A stretch of DNA of 64,000 bases from Desulfomicrobium sp. (GTDB taxonomy: Bacteria; Desulfobacterota; Desulfovibrionia; Desulfovibrionales; Desulfomicrobiaceae). Every line of letters begins with the position of its first letter. Position 1 is the stretch's first letter. Below, piece by piece: positions 61,351-64,000 of the stretch. Made by a program: the position numbers and the translations under genes. The stretch lies in the NCBI GenBank assembly GCA_040768745.1, contig JAXGMI010000001.1:1504001-1568000 (forward strand). Reading direction: 5' to 3'. A model generated the notes under the pieces. That model was given only the letters and a program-made list of their open reading frames with translations. It was not told the DNA's origin and ran no database searches.

Positions 61351-62205
61351 TCAAAGGGGGAAGGCCCGGATCCCCGCCTTAGGATTCTTCTGCCAACCAG
61401 ATCTGAAGAGAGCCAAGTCATCCCTGCCGGCCGCAGGCCAGCAGGAAATCCTCCACGCCGCTCCACGGCGGCCCATGCCCTCGCGATCCAGCAGGTTGAT
61501 GATGTGGCTGCCGACCACGGCCACGTCGGCCAGACCGGAAAGCATTCGCACGTGCTCCGGCCTGGAGATACCGAATCCAGCGGCGATGGGCAAACCGGCC
61601 TTGTTTTTCAGATTGCGCACATAATCCACCCCGGCTTGGCCAATGCTGGACCCGGCGCCGGTGATGCCGACCTTGAGCGTCGTGTACAGGAGGCCCGAGG
61701 CGCGGCGTAAAACCGCGTCCAGCCGCGGACCCACGGTGTCCGGCGAGATGACCATGACAGGGTGCAGACCGTGCTGGCGTGCGGCGCCTGCATAATCCCC
61801 GTCCGTTTCGTCCCAGGGCAGGTCCGGCAGGATGACGCCGCTGGCCCCGCTGGCCGCAGCCTGGTGCAGGAATCGCTCCATGCCCATGGCAAAGGGGATG
61901 TTGGCGTAGGTCATGAACATGAATCCGACATCAGGCAACTCGCTGGACAGCGCCGAGCACAGCTCGAAGCAATGCCCGGGCGTGATGCCGACATCAAGTG
62001 CCGCCTGGTTGGCGCGCATGATGGTCGGGCCGTCGGCCAGGGGGTCGGTGAAGGGGATCTGGATCTCCATGAGGCGCACCCCGCAACGGGCCATGAGCCG
62101 GATCAGCTCGGCGTTGACCTCCAGGCTCGGGTAGCCGGCGACCACGTGGGTCATCAGCTGGATGCCCCCGGCGCCTTTGAGCGCTCTGTCGATTCTATTT
62201 TCCAT
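61351..62205 (-). CDS. trpA: tryptophan synthase alpha chain (C-terminus probably frameshifted; likely true stop at 61418)
   Basis: [40 protein letters not shown]. Confidence 0.92.
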   Translation of the reverse strand: MENRIDRALKGAGGIQLMTHVVAGYPSLEVNAELIRLMARCGVRLMEIQIPFTDPLADGPTIMRANQAALDVGITPGHCFELCSALSSELPDVGFMFMTYANIPFAMGMERFLHQAAASGASGVILPDLPWDETDGDYAGAARQHGLHPVMVISPDTVGPRLDAVLRRASGLLYTTLKVGITGAGSSIGQAGVDYVRNLKNKAGLPIAAGFGISRPEHVRMLSGLADVAVVGSHIINLLDREGMGRRGAAWRISCWPAAGRDDLALFRSGWQKNPKAGIRAFPL

Positions 62206-63433
62206 GACGCACCTCGCTTTCCAGAAAGGAGATCCAGTTTTCGCGGTCCAGCTCCATGGCCGTGATGAAGATGTCCTTGTCCCCGCGCCCCGAGATGTTG
62301 ACGACCATGATCTCGCCCCTGGGCAGCGTCGGGGCCAGCTCCATGGCCCGGGCCACGGCGTGGGACGATTCCAGGGCCGGGATAATGCCCTCCAGCCGGG
62401 TCAGCCGCCTGAAGGCGTCCAGGGCCTGCACGTCGGTGATGGCTGCGAACTCGACCATCTTCTGGTCATAGAGCCAGGCCAGCTCCGGACCCACTCCCGC
62501 GTAGTCGAGGCCGGCCGAGACCGAGTGTGTGTTCTGCAACTGGCCGCTGTCGTCCTGCAGGAAATAGCTCTTGTAGCCCTGCACGATGCCGACCTTGGGC
62601 GTGGAGCCGAAGCGGGCCGCGTTGTCGCCGGGGTTGAGGCCGCGTCCGCCGGCCTCGGCCCCGTGAAAGCGGATCCCTCTTTCCTCCAGGAACGGATGGA
62701 AGAGGCCGATGGAGTTGGATCCCCCGCCCACACAGGCCACGAGATGGTCGGGCAGCCGTCCCTCGCGCTCCAGGATCTGGGCGCGCACCTCGCGGCCGAT
62801 GACGGACTGGAAGTCGCGGACCATGACCGGGTAAGGGAACGGTCCCAGGGCCGAGCCCAGGATGTAGTGCGTGTCCCGCAGGTTCTGGATCCAGTATTTG
62901 AGGGTGGCGTTGACGGCGTCCTTGAGGGTCCTGGTGCCATCGGTGACAGGCACGACCTCGGCGCCCAGGAGCTTCATGGCGTACACGTTGGGGTACTGGC
63001 GGCGCACGTCCACCTCGCCCATGAAGATCGTGCACCCCATCCCGAAACGGGCGGCCACCGTGGCTGACGCCAGGCCATGCTGGCCCGCACCGGTTTCGGC
63101 AATGACCTTGGTCTTGCCCAGGCGTTTGGCCAGCAGGCCCTGCCCCAGGGCGTTGTTGATCTTGTGAGCGCCAGTGTGGGCCAATCCTTCGAGCTTCAGA
63201 TAGATCTTGCATCCGCCCAGTTCGCGGGTCAGGTTTTCGGCAAAATACAGGGGGGTGGGCCGGCCACAGTAATTCTGGTACAGGTCGGCCAGCTCGGCCA
63301 CAAATCCGGGATCGTTTTTGTACTTCAGGTAGCCCTGTTCCAGTTCTTCCAGGGCCGGGACCAGCATTTCCGGCACATAACGGCCGCCGTAGGGACCGAA
63401 ATGACGAGGGAGCATGTCGGATATTCTGCTCAT
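62195..63433 (-). CDS. trpB: tryptophan synthase beta chain
   Basis: [43 protein letters not shown]. Confidence 0.97.
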   Translation of the reverse strand: MSRISDMLPRHFGPYGGRYVPEMLVPALEELEQGYLKYKNDPGFVAELADLYQNYCGRPTPLYFAENLTRELGGCKIYLKLEGLAHTGAHKINNALGQGLLAKRLGKTKVIAETGAGQHGLASATVAARFGMGCTIFMGEVDVRRQYPNVYAMKLLGAEVVPVTDGTRTLKDAVNATLKYWIQNLRDTHYILGSALGPFPYPVMVRDFQSVIGREVRAQILEREGRLPDHLVACVGGGSNSIGLFHPFLEERGIRFHGAEAGGRGLNPGDNAARFGSTPKVGIVQGYKSYFLQDDSGQLQNTHSVSAGLDYAGVGPELAWLYDQKMVEFAAITDVQALDAFRRLTRLEGIIPALESSHAVARAMELAPTLPRGEIMVVNISGRGDKDIFITAMELDRENWISFLESEVRHGK

Positions 63434-63999
63434 GGATTTCCTCTCAGTATGGTCACGGCGCGGCGGATTTTATCGTGATCCTTGATTCCAGGCGCGCTTT
63501 CCACGCCGGAATTGAGGTCGAAACCACCCGCGCCGGTGGTTTTCATGGTTTCCAGGTTGTGGGGGCCGAGCCCTCCGGCCAGGTACCAGGTGTGGGGGCA
63601 CTGCAGACGTCTCAGGCCTGCGGGGTCCAGGCTCGAGCCATGGCCGCCGCCGGAGGTGCCGCTGTCCAGGAGGATGGCCCGGCAGACCGGTGAGAACATC
63701 CGCATTTTGGCCAGCAACTGACCGGTGGTTTCGTATCGCTGAGGCCACATGGCCCGGATAATGCGTTCCGGCCCCAGGGCCCGACATTGGTCCACGGTGT
63801 GCCCCCCATGAAGCTGGAGCAGGTCGAGGCCGGCCTCCAGGGCGATGGACTGGATCTCGCCCACGTCCTGACGCACGAAGACCCCGACCTTGAGGGCGCG
63901 CCTCGGCTTTTGGGCCGCAGCCCAGGCCGGAGTGACATTGCGGGGGCTCGGCCCGTGAAAGATGAAACCCAGCAGGTCAATGCCCAGTTCGTCACAGAA
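63430..63999 (-). CDS. trpF: phosphoribosylanthranilate isomerase (5' end outside window)
   Basis: Frame open to the window edge: [14 protein letters not shown]...KVGVFV...LQLHG...LLDS...LAGGL...[14 protein letters not shown]. Confidence 0.93.
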   Translation of the reverse strand, partial: FCDELGIDLLGFIFHGPSPRNVTPAWAAAQKPRRALKVGVFVRQDVGEIQSIALEAGLDLLQLHGGHTVDQCRALGPERIIRAMWPQRYETTGQLLAKMRMFSPVCRAILLDSGTSGGGHGSSLDPAGLRRLQCPHTWYLAGGLGPHNLETMKTTGAGGFDLNSGVESAPGIKDHDKIRRAVTILRGNP

Positions 64000-64000
64000 A

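Overview
Chromosomal window from a GC-rich sulfate-reducing deltaproteobacterium (Desulfomicrobium/Desulfovibrionales-like; this taxonomy is inferred from gene content). In order it holds: (1) the tRNA-Gly-rimP-nusA-ylxR-infB-DUF503-rbfA-nrnA-truB-rpsO-pnp operon on the minus strand; (2) a flagellar cluster flgFGAHIJ-flgNKL-csrA-fliW facing flgM, with sigma54 and sigma28 promoter motifs; (3) nadK, a DUF89-like fusion gene, mltA, DUF4254, gatB and small accessory genes; (4) pyc-suhB; (5) an AT-rich, IS-damaged island (about 36.0-49.1 kb) with IS3-, IS1634- and IS1380-family elements, a truncated tctA, TRAP permeases, an Ldh_2 dehydrogenase, a TGA-interrupted HesB/ErpA-like probable selenoprotein missing from the ORF track, a C-GCAxxG-C-C gene, usp and a DUF4037/DUF4125 pair; (6) a cell-wall amidase and DUF554; (7) an arsenic/thiol-redox cluster; (8) trpF-trpB-trpA, glnA and an unannotated 411-aa ORF. 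The best candidates for new biology are that glnA-linked ORF, which carries RelA/SpoT synthetase-like motifs in the correct order, the hidden selenoprotein, and the NAD kinase-coupled DUF89/NDT-like fusion. Several single-base homopolymer frameshifts may be sequencing errors. All family calls come from motif recognition by eye; no database searches were run.
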